NCBI RefSeq assembly: GCF_001194135.2
Contig: NC_069007.1
Span: forward strand, 9,987,262 to 10,035,452
DNA from: Octopus bimaculoides
Lineage: Eukaryota
Length of the DNA stretch: 48,191 nt
Direction: 5' to 3'
Made by a program: the position numbers and the translations under genes. Below are positions 33,417-46,399 of this stretch, one piece after another. The notes under the pieces were generated by a model that was not told where the DNA came from, did not search any database, and saw only the letters and a program-made list of their open reading frames with translations. Within the stretch, counting starts at the first letter, position 1; the number at the start of each line of letters is the position of its first letter.

Positions 33417-34155
33417 ATTTCATTATAGATGTCCTGAAAACTCCTCACAGCCTTGGCTTAGTTATCNNNNNNNNNNNNNNNNNNNNNNNNNNNNNNNNNN
33501 NNNNNNNNNNNNNNNNNNNNNNNNNNNNNNNNNNNNNNNNNNNNNNNNNNNNNNNNNNNNNNNNNNNNNNNNNNNNNNNNNNNNNNNNNNNNNNNNNNNN
33601 NNNNNNNNNNNNNNNNNNNNNNNNNNNNNNNNNNNNNNNNNNNNNNNNNNNNNNNNNNNNNNNNNNNNNNNNNNNNNNNNNNNNNNNNNNNNNNNNNNNN
33701 NNNNNNNNNNNNNNNNNNNNNNNNNNNNNNNNNNNNNNNNNNNNNNNNNNNNNNNNNNNNNNNNNNNNNNNNNNNNNNNNNNNNNNNNNNNNNNNNNNNN
33801 NNNNNNNNNNNNNNNNNNNNNNNNNNNNNNNNNNNNNNNNNNNNNNNNNNNNNNNNNNNNNNNNNNNNNNNNNNNNNNNNNNNNNNNNNNNNNNNNNNNN
33901 NNNNNNNNNNNNNNNNNNNNNNNNNNNNNNNNNNNNNNNNNNNNNNNNNNNNNNNNNNNNNNNNNNNNNNNNNNNNNNNNNNNNNNNNNNNNNNNNNNNN
34001 NNNNNNNNNNNNNNNNNNNNNNNNNNNNNNNNNNNNNNNNNNNNNNNNNNNNNNNNNNNNNNNNNNNNNNNNNNNNNNNNNNNNNNNNNNNNNNNNNNNN
34101 NNNNNNNNNNNNNNNNNNNNNNNNNNNNNTATATATATATATATATATATATATA

Positions 34156-34369
34156 TCAATCATAAGAGCACAAAAATGTGCCTGCCAGTTAGAAATAAGA
34201 GTTAAAACCTTCATTTAAACCACTAATGATAAATTAGTGAAATTACGACAGAAAATCAACAGTGGTTGTTGATTTTCTGTTGTAATTTTCGGTGTTATTA
34301 TTGGTGGCTTAAATGAGTTTTAACTCTTATTTCTAGCAGGCAGGCGCATTTGTGTGCCCTTATGACTGA
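34156..34369. repeat. 214 bp imperfect palindrome (about 105 bp arms, 5 nt loop GTGGT)
   Basis: TCAATCATAAGAGCAC...GTGCCCTTATGACTGA; TA-flanked. Confidence 0.9.
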
Positions 34370-35014
34370 TATAAATTTTAATTCTATAGCTACATAATAA
34401 TGATGATGATGACGATGATGATGGTGTTGGTGATGATGATGATGATGATAGGTACTGTAGACATACATTATGTAAAAGTACCCTAATAAACACCTGAAAT
34501 TGTATTATTTACACAACAGGTAGAAAATAATATCACAAGGTACTGTAGATGCCTATTGTATAAAGTATCCTTAACATCTCATACAGAACAGTTAGACGAT
34601 AACAGAAGAAGGAACTTCAGGCAAACATTATGCAACATACCCCTAATATTTTAAGCACAAGTTGAAAACCATACAACTAGGTACTGTAAATGTGTATTAT
34701 GTACTGCAGATAAGTGTAATGTAAAACAAAAATTATATAAGCATCTAGGTACCATAGATATGTTATGTAAATATTATGTAAAGTATCCGGGAAAGACACA
34801 GAAATTATATACATAACCGACAGCAAATATCATTATCAGGTACTGCAGACACATATATTATATAGAGTAATTCTTGTAGAATAATAGGAAATAGCATAAA
34901 GATAGGTGTTAAAGGAAAGACTAAAACCTATCACTTGATGTAGCTGAGGCACAGACGGCAGCACCTGGTCGTGCAACAAAGGCAAAGAAGAAGAGAACTG
35001 GATAACAACAACAA

Positions 35015-35075
35015 CAGCAGTAACAACACTTATAGTACAAATGATCATGACGATGATGATGATGACAATACTGCA

Positions 35076-35118
<43 letters not shown>

Positions 35119-35140
35119 TTAATAATAATAATAATAATAA
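35015..35140. repeat. (AAC)/(GAT)/(AAT)n arrays
   Basis: Visible directly. Confidence 0.9.
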
Positions 35141-35814
35141 TCAGATGGGTAGTCATGATGAATATATTGCGCTTTGTATAATTGTAGCCCAGTGTCACTT
35201 TGATGGCATGCACCACTCTCTAACTCAATAATAATAATAACAACAACAACGCTAAAAAACAATAACAGGAACAAGTAGTAGTAGTAGNNNNNNNNNNNNN
35301 NNNNNNNNNNNNNNNNNNNNNNNNNNNNNNNNNNNNNNNNNNNNNNNNNNNNNNNNNNNNNNNNNNNNNNNNNNNNNNNNNNNNNNNNNNNNNNNNNNNN
35401 NNNNNNNNNNNNNNNNNNNNNNNNNNNNNNNNNNNNNNNNNNNNNNNNNNNNNNNNNNNNNNNNNNNNNNNNNNNNNNNNNNNNNNNNNNNNNNNNNNNN
35501 NNNNNNNNNNNNNNNNNNNNNNNNNNNNNNNNNNNNNNNNNNNNNNNNNNNNNNNNNNNNNNNNNNNNNNNNNNNNNNNNNNNNNNNNNNNNNNNNNNNN
35601 NNNNNNNNNNNNNNNNNNNNNNNNNNNNNNNNNNNNNNNNNNNNNNNNNNNNNNNNNNNNNNNNNNNNNNNNNNNNNNNNNNNNNNNNNNNNNNNNNNNN
35701 NNNNNNNNNNNNNNNNNNNNNNNNNNNNNNNNNNNNNNNNNNNNNNNNNNNNNNNNNNNNNNNNNNNNNNNNNNNNNNNNNNNNNTATTAGGAGGGAAGT
35801 CATTGCTTTATGAA

Positions 35815-36019
35815 TATATACATGTATGTATGTGTGTGTGTATATATGTATGTATGTATGTACGTATGTATGTATGTACCTATGCACGTATGTATGTATG
35901 TATGTATGCATATATGTATGTATGTATGTGTGTATATATGTATGTATGTATGTACGTATGTATGTACCTATGCACGTATGTATGTATGTATGTATGCATA
36001 TATGTATGTATGTGTGTGA

Positions 36020-36056
<37 letters not shown>

Positions 36057-36206
36057 AACATATAAACACACATATTGTGAATATATGTATGAGTAGATAT
36101 ACATATAAATATATATATGTATATATATATATATACATACATATATATAGACATACACACACACACATATATAGAGTACTCATATATACCTATAAACTAC
36201 ACATAC

Positions 36207-36255
<49 letters not shown>

Positions 36256-36505
36256 ATATACTACATGTATATATTATATATATATATATGTGTATATGTG
36301 TGTGTATGTATGTCTGTGTGTATGTATATGTATATATATGTGTATGTATATGTATATGTATATGTATGTGCATGTATATGTATATGTATATGTGTATGTA
36401 TATGTATATGTGTATGTATATGTATGTGTATGTATGTGTGTGTATGTATGTGTATGTATGTATGTATATGAGTATATAATATATATATATATGCATGTAT
36501 GTATA
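35815..36505. repeat. (TATG)n/(TA)n compound microsatellite with higher-order duplication
   Basis: The GTACCTATGCACG-containing block occurs twice. Confidence 0.9.
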
Positions 36506-37589
36506 TGAGTATATATATATTGCATAAGCCAGTGTGGCTTGGAGGTTAGGTAGTAGTTAGTGGGAAGGCAGTAAAAAAAGGTGGTGGAAGAAAGACAGAA
36601 TACTAATGAAGAAAATAGACGAATGTGAGTGAGAAGCAAGAGGTGCGTAGTGGTGTGTATGCTTTTATATTTATTTTACGTATGTATTTATGCCTGTATT
36701 CTCATATCTTGGAGGGGAAATCATGGTTTCTTTCCTTTACATCATAGAATTTTCTAGTTATTCCAATATTGCCTCACTGGTTTTAATATATACATTCGAA
36801 TGTGTGGATAAGTGCGTGTCAATGTATAATGGATGTATATATATATATATNNNNNNNNNNNNNNNNNNNNNNNNNNNNNNNNNNNNNNNNNNNNNNNNNN
36901 NNNNNNNNNNNNNNNNNNNNNNNNNNNNNNNNNNNNNNNNNNNNNNNNNNNNNNNNNNNNNNNNNNNNNNNNNNNNNNNNNNNNNNNNNNNNNNNNNNNN
37001 NNNNNNNNNNNNNNNNNNNNNNNNNNNNNNNNNNNNNNNNNNNNNNNNNNNNNNNNNNNNNNNNNNNNNNNNNNNNNNNNNNNNNNNNNNNNNNNNNNNN
37101 NNNNNNNNNNNNNNNNNNNNNNNNNNNNNNNNNNNNNNNNNNNNNNNNNNNNNNNNNNNNNNNNNNNNNNNNNNNNNNNNNNNNNNNNNNNNNNNNNNNN
37201 NNNNNNNNNNNNNNNNNNNNNNNNNNNNNNNNNNNNNNNNNNNNNNNNNNNNNNNNNNNNNNNNNNNNNNNNNNNNNNNNNNNNNNNNNNNNNNNNNNNN
37301 NNNNNNNNNNNNNNNNNNNNNNNNNNNNNNNNNNNNNNNNNNNNNNNNNNNNNNNNNNNNNNNNNNNNNNNNNNNNNNNNNNNNNNNNNNNNNNNNNATA
37401 TAAAAGAAGTAAGGACCAAAATCCTTCAAAGGAATGTTAAACATCCTATCCACCAGTTCAATCCAAGCAAAGAATATATAAAAACTATACAGTCAATATT
37501 GGTATAATCAATAAAGTAGAAGGAAAAGAAAAAAAGATTGTCTATGCCTGTACTTTTTGCCTTTCCTTATACTTTATATATATATCGTC

Positions 37590-37810
37590 GTCATAGTTTA
37601 ATGTCCACTTTCCATGCTGGCATGGGTTAGACGGTTTGACTGAGGTCTGGAAAGCTAGCAGCTGCACCAGGCTCCAATCTGACCTGGCAAAATTTCTACA
37701 TCTGGATGCCCTTCCTAACACCAACCACTCTAAGAGAGTAGTGGGTGCTTATACGTGCCACTAGCATCAGGGCCAGTCAGGTGGTACTGATATCGAACAC
37801 ACTTGAATAA
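37590..37810 (-). mobile_element. Family B / RTE tail
   Basis: Reverse complement of 120-300. Confidence 0.85.
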
Positions 37811-37837
37811 TGCTTTTCACATGCCATATATTATTGC

Positions 37838-37877
<40 letters not shown>

Positions 37878-37881
<4 letters not shown>

Positions 37882-37945
37882 GGACTGAACCCGGAACCAT
37901 GTGGTTGGTAAGCAAGCTACTTACCACACAGCCACTCCTGTGCTT
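37878..37945 (-). mobile_element. Family A SINE head only
   Basis: GGGACTGAACCCGGAACCATGTGGTTGGTAAGCAAGCTACTTACCACACAGCCACTCC. Confidence 0.85.
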
Positions 37946-38119
37946 ATGTATGTGTGTGTATATATATATATAGATACACACAGACATGCTGGTATTTATA
38001 GAGTGCTAAACACTTTTGGTATGCAAATTAGGGGCTCCTTCATAGAATAACTGCTGCATTTGTTGAGTATATAAACAGTTTGGCTAGTTGTTTCTCTGGA
38101 GACTGTCAGAATGATGTGG

Positions 38120-38165
38120 ATGACTCTGATGAGAACCCAATAAGGTTTGAAAATTGATTAAGGTT
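38120..38165 (+). ncRNA. Decayed hammerhead-like motif in an about 250 bp (TA)n-bounded unit (37985-38230)
   Basis: CT-CTGATGA-GAACC CAATAA GGTTT-GAAA-ATTGAT-TA-AG; core and stem II intact; stem I poor. Confidence 0.5.
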
Positions 38166-38264
38166 GCTCATTGCTTTTCAGTGCGTGGAGAAATAGCTAA
38201 AATTTGCCCTGTTTATAAATACCATGTTATATATATATATATATGTATTTATCCAGAGGTGGGA

Positions 38265-39192
38265 TTGAAATTTGTTTAGGTGCTGGTTCTCTCTTTTACA
38301 TACCTAATTTTCTCGGTCTATTAGGAACCAAGTCTCTTTCTCTCTTCCACTCCTACAGACTAGTTCTGTAGTGCACCAGCACATGGTTGCATGTGCGGTG
38401 AGAGCCAGCAGTGACGTTCATGAGACAGTGTGCCGAGTGACATCACTGTGTTTACTTCACAAGTTGTGAAGCTAGTGGTTTTGTGATCACATGTATGCTG
38501 TGGTCTGTTGTTTTGTCATGAACAGGAACACAGAGCCAACATGAAATTTTGCATTAAACATGGGAAGTCTGTTATAGAGAAATTGACCATGCTTTGGCAA
38601 GCTTACAGCGATGAGACAAAGAGTTGTACACAATGTTTCAGGTGGCACAAGCACTTCAAAAGTGGAAGAACATCTCTGGAAGACGGTGAGCAATCTGGAA
38701 GACCTGCTACAGGCATCACCCCTGGAAATGTTGTATTGCGCATTGAGAATTCATCCCCCAAGGCCAAGCGTTTCAGAGAGGACATCCAGTGAAAGCAATC
38801 AGATCTGTGGAGTACAAAGAATTGGATTCTTCAAGACAACAAAGCACCCTATCACTTGTGAGTTCTTGCCAAAAACAACATGGTACCACTTCCACACCTG
38901 CCCTGTTTGTCACATTTAGCACCTGTAAACTTCCATCTCTTCCCCAAGATGAAAATTCAGTTCAAATGTCACTGTTTTAACACTAGTGTCAAGATCCAGA
39001 GTAAATTACAGAAGATCCTCAACTCACAGAAAATGACTTCCAGGCCAGATTCCAAAAGTAGTAGGAATGCTGGGACAGGTGTGTTGCTGTGCAAGGTGAC
39101 TGTTTTGAAGGAGATGATGTTAAAACCTAGGTAAATAAGCTATTTTTTGTTAAACCTAACTAGTCCCAGGAACTTTTTGATACCACCTCGTA
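38265..39192 (+). mobile_element. Mariner element, internally deleted
   Basis: EHRANMKFC..CFRWHKHFKSGRTSLED..SGRP (N-terminal HTH); PHLP..LAPVNFHLFPKMK (PYSPDLAP-like); right end GGAACTTTTTGATACCACCTCG|TA. Confidence 0.88.
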
Positions 39193-39589
39193 CATTTGTA
39201 ATTTTTTATGTGTGGAACATCAAGACAGAAAACCATAAAAGTGGCAAAACAACAGAAGAAATAAACTGCAAATAAGACATTTATGTATCATCATACTTCA
39301 AATATTTCCATATTGAAACTGGAATTCCATCATATTTTTTTTACCAATTGCCTGTTTTATTCTATTGCCATCAGTTGTGGGATCTTTCATCCCTCAATCC
39401 CATTTTCACAAAATCCCTAACTATCACCCAAATTCAATAGGAGATCAATGAAATCATTCATCATGGGATTTGTCACATTTATTTTTCTTTTCTGTTTTTT
39501 CTACATCAAAGTAATTTCTTTTATCAGAATGTATGATGGCATTCTTCACTGAAATTCTTCCTTTTTCTGCCTCTGCAAAACTTAGAGCA

Positions 39590-39856
39590 ATGGTCATTAT
39601 CCATCATTGTTGTCATCGTCGTCTTCATCGTTTTCGGCATTGTTGTCGTCTTCACCATTATCATCATCATTATGATCGTCGTCGTCGTCATTATCATCAT
39701 CATCACTGTTGTTGTCATTGACATCATAATCACCATTGTCATCATCGTCATCATCGTCATCATCATCATCATAATTATCATCATAATCGTCGTCGACATC
39801 ATCATCATTATCCTCCTCCTCCTCATCATCATCATCGCCATCATCATCATTGTCAC

Positions 39857-39888
<32 letters not shown>

Positions 39889-40005
39889 CCATTATCACCA
39901 ACACATTGTCATTGCCATCATTATCTTCATCATCATCCTTATCACCAACACCACTATCATCATTGTCATCTTCATCATCATACTCATCATCCTCATCATC
40001 ATTGT
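39590..40005. repeat. (ATC)n cryptic trinucleotide array
   Basis: Visible directly; continuous with the (GAT)n tail of the adjacent family B copy. Confidence 0.9.
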
Positions 40006-40200
40006 TCTAACGTCCACTTTTCCATGCCTGCATGGGTCACGCAGAGTTTACAGAGTTTGTTGAAGCAGATTTTCTACAGCTGAATGCTCTTCCTGTCACG
40101 AACACTCACCTGTTTCCAGGCATATTCCCTCATGGCCAGATATGTTTTTCATGAAACATTTGGAAATGGCGTGACATTGCTTGTATGATAGTTACACCTG
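39995..40200 (-). mobile_element. Family B / RTE tail, diverged
   Basis: AACGTCCACTTTTCCATGCCTGCATGGG motif. Confidence 0.7.
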
Positions 40201-40278
40201 TTTACAACTAATGCACAATGTCAAGACAAACACACACACACATACACACACACACACACTGGCACACATAGATGCATA

Positions 40279-40965
40279 CAGGATGCATAAGATATTTGAG
40301 GACAGATTAATGTTTATAAAAAAATAGATACATAATAACAGATAATAACTTTATTTATCAAAAAATGCTATGAGGATAAAAATAAATCTTTTCAATAATG
40401 TTATTCATGGAGGTGCAATGGCCCAGTGGTTAGGGCAGTGGACTCGCGGTCATAGGATCGCGGTTTCGATTCCCAGACCGGGCGTTGTGAGTGTTTATTG
40501 AGCGAAAACACCTAAAGCTCAACGAGGCTCCAGCAGGGGATGGTGGCAAACCCTGCTGTACTCTTCCACCACAACTTTCTCTCACTCTTGCTTCCTGTTT
40601 CTGTTGTGCCTGTAATTCAAAGGGTCAGCCTTGTCACACTGTGTCACACTGAATATCCCCGAGAACTACGTTAAGGGTACACGTGTCTGTGGAGTGCTCA
40701 GCCACTTGCATGTTAATTTCACGAGCAGGCTGTTCTGTTGATCGGATCAACTGGAACCCTCAACGTCGTAAGCGACGGAGTGCCAACAACAATTATGTTA
40801 TTCAATAAAGCCACCTTCAGCTTCAACATATATTTCTATATGAGATCCAAACCATCTACATGCTCGAATAAAATGGTCCTGGTTCATTTTGGACATTACT
40901 CTGACTATGGCAGCCTTCAAAGAATCTTTGGTGTTATGGGTGCCTTCTGTGGTTCCACTTGCTAT
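40279..40965 (-). mobile_element. Tc1-like transposon 3' remnant, interrupted by a SINE
   Basis: HNTKDSLKAAIVRVMSKMNQDHFIRAC..VEAEGGFIE*; TA|CAGGATG terminus at 40277. Confidence 0.75.
40409..40789 (+). mobile_element. tRNA-derived SINE (family C), full length with TSD
   Basis: A box TGGCCCAGTGG; B box GGTTTCGATTCC; (AAC) tail; 15 bp TSD with 1 mismatch (40393-40407 and 40790-40804). Confidence 0.93.
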
Positions 40966-41569
40966 GAAAGATATATAGCCCAGTTTTTCCATACACCATT
41001 CCATAATTCTTATATATATGTTTGTGTATGTGTGTGTAGACATATATATATATATGAGTTTGTGTGTGTGTAGACATATATATATGTGTATGTTTATATG
41101 TATATCAAACTACAATCTTTTAGGGAATATTTCCAAATCCTATGTGTCAATAATATATTTGAAGAATAAGAAAAAGAGAAAGAAAATCAAAATTAAACAC
41201 AAAACAGGAATAAATCATTAAAAAAAAAATAGAAAAAAAACACCAAAAACGAAAAAGAAAACTGATTTTCTTGTATGGATTTCATTTAAAATGAATTTTG
41301 AAAAAGTTTTATCTATTTTTTAAAGGAAATTTGGGATGTGAGGAGGGGTAAATTTCAATAAATTCCTGGGGTCTTCTGCAGAAAAATAAAATAAACATAG
41401 AAAAATTATAAAAAATAAGAAGCAAAAACAGTTAAATCCATAAGGTTCCCCCCTCCCCTCAAAATTGACATTATTAAAGAATTTCGATAAGAAACCGATA
41501 TTAGAATGAAAAAGATAGGAATAAAATTGGAATAGTGATCGCAAGGTCTGTAGAATGGAGGTTAAAGAC

Positions 41570-41658
41570 ACGCACACACACACTTACTTACATACACACT
41601 CACATGCACACACACTCATACACTCACACATACATACCTACACTCACATTCACACACA

Positions 41659-41703
<45 letters not shown>

Positions 41704-42181
41704 GCACACATACACACACACTGACACAATCACACACTCACACACAAAAACATGTTCTCTCTCTCTCTCTCTCTCACATACACACACACATACTCACACA
41801 TACACACTGTCACACAATCACAGTCAAACACAATCATGCAGCCACACACATGCACATTCACACGCACATGTACACACACACTCACACAGTCACAGTATCA
41901 CACACATAGTTACACATGATGAATACACACACACACACTAACACATACACACACACAGTCATAATCATATGCACACCATTACACACAATCACACAAAATT
42001 AACACATACACACTCATACACTCACATACACAACCACAATTCAGACACATACACAGTTATTCACACACAATCACACGCACACAGAGTCACAATTCACACG
42101 CACATACACACACACACACAGTCACAATTCAGACACACAGACACACACTCACTCACTCACACACAATCACACACAGTCACA

Positions 42182-42214
<33 letters not shown>

Positions 42215-42224
42215 NNNNNNNNNN

Positions 42225-42266
<42 letters not shown>

Positions 42267-42270
42267 CTGA
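41570..42270. repeat. CA-rich cryptic simple sequence
   Basis: Visible directly. Confidence 0.95.
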
Positions 42271-42529
42271 CACACAAATGTTTAACAATCTCAATTAACA
42301 GATAAAAGATGGAGTTTTTCTCATATTTTATCGTTTGTCATTCTATATTTCTTAAAGGAATTAATTATTAAGATTTGAAACTAATTATCAACAGATGGCT
42401 CCTCTCTCACAGCTCCTGAAATATTTAAGTGTGTTAATTAACCACATTGAGAGGGTGTGGTGTCCAGTTAAAGAGATGCTGTGTTGTCCCCTAATAAAGC
42501 TTTGTAATTTTGTCTTCTCAGTTGTGTCC

Positions 42530-43025
42530 ATTATCATCATCATCAGCATCAGCAGCAGCAGCATTTAACGTCCGTTTTCCATGCTGGTATGGGTTGGACG
42601 GTTTGACAAGAGCTGACCAGCTGAAGGGCTGTTCAGGCTCCATGTCTGTTTTGGCATGGTTGCTACGGCTGGACGCCCTTCCTAACACCAACCACTTTAC
42701 AGAGTGTACTAAGTGCTTTCACACAGCACAGGTGCTTTTTACATGGTACCAGGACCTATGAGGCCCGCAAGATTAGGGATGCTCAGATGGAGAGGGTTGC
42801 AGGGGATGAGCCTGTATGCAAGCGCAACTACACTTTTACTTAACCTAACATGTCTTTTCAAGCACAGCAAACTGCCAGGGTTCTCAGACCCCTGTTGTCC
42901 CTTCTGTGAGTCCCAACGCCTGTAGATCCTTCCTCTCTACTTTGTCCTACATCTTTCAAGATCTACCCCTTCCACATGTTCCCTCTGCAATTAGAGATCA
43001 GCACCTCTTGATGCAAGTGTCCTGA
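42530..43025 (-). mobile_element. RTE LINE 3' end
   Basis: DTCIKRC*SLIAEGTCGRGRS..DLQALGLTE..WQFAVLEKT followed by the shared tail. Confidence 0.8.
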
Positions 43026-43086
43026 TTAAAAAAAAATACTGGACTTTCACTAATCAAATTGTCTTCCCTCTCACAGCCACTGAAGT

Positions 43087-43230
43087 CAGGGCTAGGTTAA
43101 GTAAGACCTATAGAGGCCCTTAGCACTTAAAAAGATTTTGGTACCACCATAAATAGGTAATTTCAAAATATAGACAATAATGAACCATAAAATAAATTTT
43201 TATTTTTATTTTTCAAAATGAAATAAGACT
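43087..43230 (+). mobile_element. hAT-like terminus running into a gap
   Basis: CAGGGCTAGG..TAGAGGCCCTTAGCACTTAAAAAGATTTTGG; matches 7690-7890 in reverse. Confidence 0.6.
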
Positions 43231-43313
43231 AANNNNNNNNNNNNNNNNNNNNNNNNNNNNNNNNNNNNNNNNNNNNNNNNNNNNNNNNNNNNNNNNNNNN
43301 NNNNNNNNNNNNN

Positions 43314-43653
43314 TGATCCGATCAATGGAACAGCCTGCTAGTGAAATTAACGTGCAAGTGGCTGAGCACTCCACAGACACATGTACCCTTAGCGTAGTCC
43401 TCGGGGATATTCAGTGTGACACAGTGTGACAAGGCTGACCCTTTGAATTACAGGCACAACAGAAACAGGAAGTAAGAGTGAGAGAAAGTTGTAGTGGAAG
43501 AGTACAGCAGGATTCGCCACCATCCCCTGCCGGAGCCTCGTGGAGCTATGGTGTTTTTGCTCAATAAACACTCACAACGCCCAGTCTGGGAATCAAAACC
43601 ACGATCTTATGACCGCGAGTCCGCTGCCCTAACCACTGGGCCATTGCGCCTCC
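43314..43653 (-). mobile_element. Family C SINE
   Basis: Reverse complement of 40409-40745. Confidence 0.92.
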
Positions 43654-44119
43654 ACTTTGTCCTTGTATCTATACTAGAAAGAAATATCAATCCATAAATT
43701 GACACGAAATTTTGTTGGAAGGATTTTAATTGAGATCACTTTGAAATAGAAAGTTTATCATAGACCCAAGGGCTTGTCCCAGACATGTTGGTAACAAAAG
43801 AATTAATGCCTATAAAGGTTGGATGACTGGCCAACTGCCTGACCAACCACCTGGCTGGTTTGCAGGTGAGTATGCAGGTACAAGGTAAGATCAGTGAAAT
43901 AACACCTGTAATCAGTGTCACGTCATGTCCTGAAGTTTGGAAAGTGCGATGCAGCCTGGCAGGAAGTTTGGATTCTTGGCACATCAGCACCAAAAATGTG
44001 GCAAACAACCAGGATTACATATATATATATATATATATATTTTTTTTTTTTGGTGCCTGTGAGCAAGTACCAAAGAATTTGTTTATCAATTTTTCTGATT
44101 CTATAAAGCATGTTGTCTG

Positions 44120-44375
44120 CTGTTGTTGTTCTTATTATTTTTATTGTTGTTGGTGGTGTTATTGTTATAGTTATCATCATCATCATTATTATTATTAATT
44201 TATTATTATTGTTATTATTATCATTATTATCATCGTCGTCATCATCATCATTGTCGTCGCCATCAACACCATTATCATCATCATCATCATCGTTTTTATT
44301 ATTATCATCATCATCATTATTGGTGTTGTTATTATTATTATTATTGTTGTTATTATTATTATTATGACGATGATG
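44120..44375. repeat. (TTA)/(ATC)/(GTT) arrays
   Basis: Visible directly. Confidence 0.9.
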
Positions 44376-45184
44376 AGAATCTTATCAAATTTCTCACGTG
44401 GCCATATATAGAGATCGGAATAAAATTGCAAAGAGAGGAACAAACAAGTGTAAATAGTTACAAAAAGTTTAGACTATTCCTTTCTGGGTAGCTGGGTACT
44501 TTATTGGTTGGCTGGATGGCTGGCCAGTTTGCTTGTTGACTGGTTGGTTGGTGGGTGGCTGATTGCATGTAGCTGAACAACTGAAATATTTCTGAATGGA
44601 AGGGTAATGAGATCAATCCCAACAGCAGGCACTTCATTCCCACTGCTCCTTAACCCTTTCGTTACCATATTTCTGTAGAAATACTCTGTCTTTGTTTCAG
44701 TAAGTTTTGAAAATAATGGAAGCTCACTTTGTTACCACATGGTTTCAGGTTCACTTCCAGTACATGGTAGCTATTGTCCCATTCTGATTAATTTCATGTG
44801 AGTCAATTTGGTAGATGAAGCCAATAATGTGTGTATGTGTCTGTGGATGCATATATGTGTGTGTATGTGTGTGTGTCTGTGTATGTATGGAGATTGAAGA
44901 TATGGAGGAGAAATACTCTCAGCACCACAAGGAAACAAGGAACGCAAGAAGAGAAGCAAGAATGCCTGTTAATATATAGCATTTTCAAGCAAACATTTAC
45001 CAAAGTTATACATCAAAAACTGGGATTTACAGTCATCAAAGAATCCACATTCTACAATCTATTTATAACATTTAAATCTTTAGTGTTTAATCCAGCAATA
45101 TCCACCCAAAATATTCAACCAGTTTTATTTTCAAACTAACCACATCATACTTCTCACAACTACCCTGCATACCAGCCTCCCCTC

Positions 45185-45375
45185 TTCCTACCACCGATAT
45201 ATCCAAGGGAAAGGCAAAAGGGGCTGAAACAGCTTGGCACATGTGACGTCGCAACTCATTTCTACAGCTGAGTGACCTGGAGGAACATGAAATAAAGCGT
45301 CTTGCTCAAGGACACAATACACAGCCCAGTCCAGGAATTGAACTCACTACCTCATGATTGTGAGCCTGACACTGT
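45185..45375 (-). mobile_element. Family C-related SINE 5' part
   Basis: CATGAAATAAAG..CTTGCTCAAGGACACAA..GGAATTGAACTCAC, as at 525-600. Confidence 0.75.
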
Positions 45376-45419
45376 GTTTATAGCATGCTAGTTTAGAAGA
45401 ACAGAGGCCATTGTAATAG

Positions 45420-45570
45420 TGGTATAAAGAGACTATCAAATCCACTCAGAAAGCTTTGCTCAACCAAAGGCTATAGCAGCAGACACTTGCCCAAAGAGCC
45501 ATACAGTGGGACTGAACCTGGAACCATGTGGCTAGGAAGCAAGCTTCTTACCACACAGCCACGCCTGTGC
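45420..45570 (-). mobile_element. Family A SINE 5' half
   Basis: Reverse complement of the family A head and core. Confidence 0.85.
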
Positions 45571-46399
45571 CGTCACTAAATTTCTTGAAATATTTCTAAT
45601 TAAAAAGTGGTAAGGACACAAAAGAGTGAAGGAATTATTGTTTTTTAATCAAGAAATATTTTATTAGTTCCACTTTATAATTTTATTTTAGAAATTTACA
45701 TGATGGGGTCAATACATTATCAATGATTTCATGAAGGGGTCAAAGATATAGACAGTATGCCCAGTCCCAGAATGAGACAACTGGGGCACAGCTGTTTGGG
45801 TATTGGTGATCTGGCGTGGCTGAGTGGACATTCAACCTGTTTTGGCAATAGTCTTTTTTGGCACTTGAGGCAAACACACAAACACACACACACTCACACA
45901 TGAAGAAATAAGTGAAAGAGAGAGAGGGGTGCTACATATACATACAAACATAACTAGACGTTCACACACATAGAGGGGGAGAAGTAGGGAGGAAGGGGAG
46001 GGGTGGAGAGGGATTGCTATTGTGGTTGTTGTTGTTGTTATTGGTTTTGCTGTTGTTGTTGTTGTTGTTGTTGTTGTTGCTGTCATTGTTGTTCTTATTG
46101 GTGTTTCTGCTTTTATTGACGTTGTTGTTGTTATCGTTAACGTAGTTCTCCTGCAACTGTTCCATGTGGTGTTTTACCATATTCTCAAGAACGGCATGAA
46201 GAACTGAAGAGCTATTAAAGAAATTGGTCTTATCAGCACAAAACAAAAAAACACAATAAAAACAGAGAGAATCCACTAATTATGTAACGAGGTAAGGCCT
46301 TCTAACTTAACAACTAACGATGCAATGATTATAAAATTTAGAGGGTGGGGAGGCGGGACATTAAGTAATTAATCTTGATAACAGTCTGGGAGTAACGAG

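Noticed and set aside
30675-37507. Long ORFs (200-540 aa) in the ORF track
   Set aside because: Made of N gaps and dinucleotide/trinucleotide repeats; the same applies to ORFs at 956-1588, 25790-26802 and 46361-47619.
40409-40480. tRNA gene
   Set aside because: The tRNA-like head continues into a SINE body with a TSD; no proper acceptor stem.
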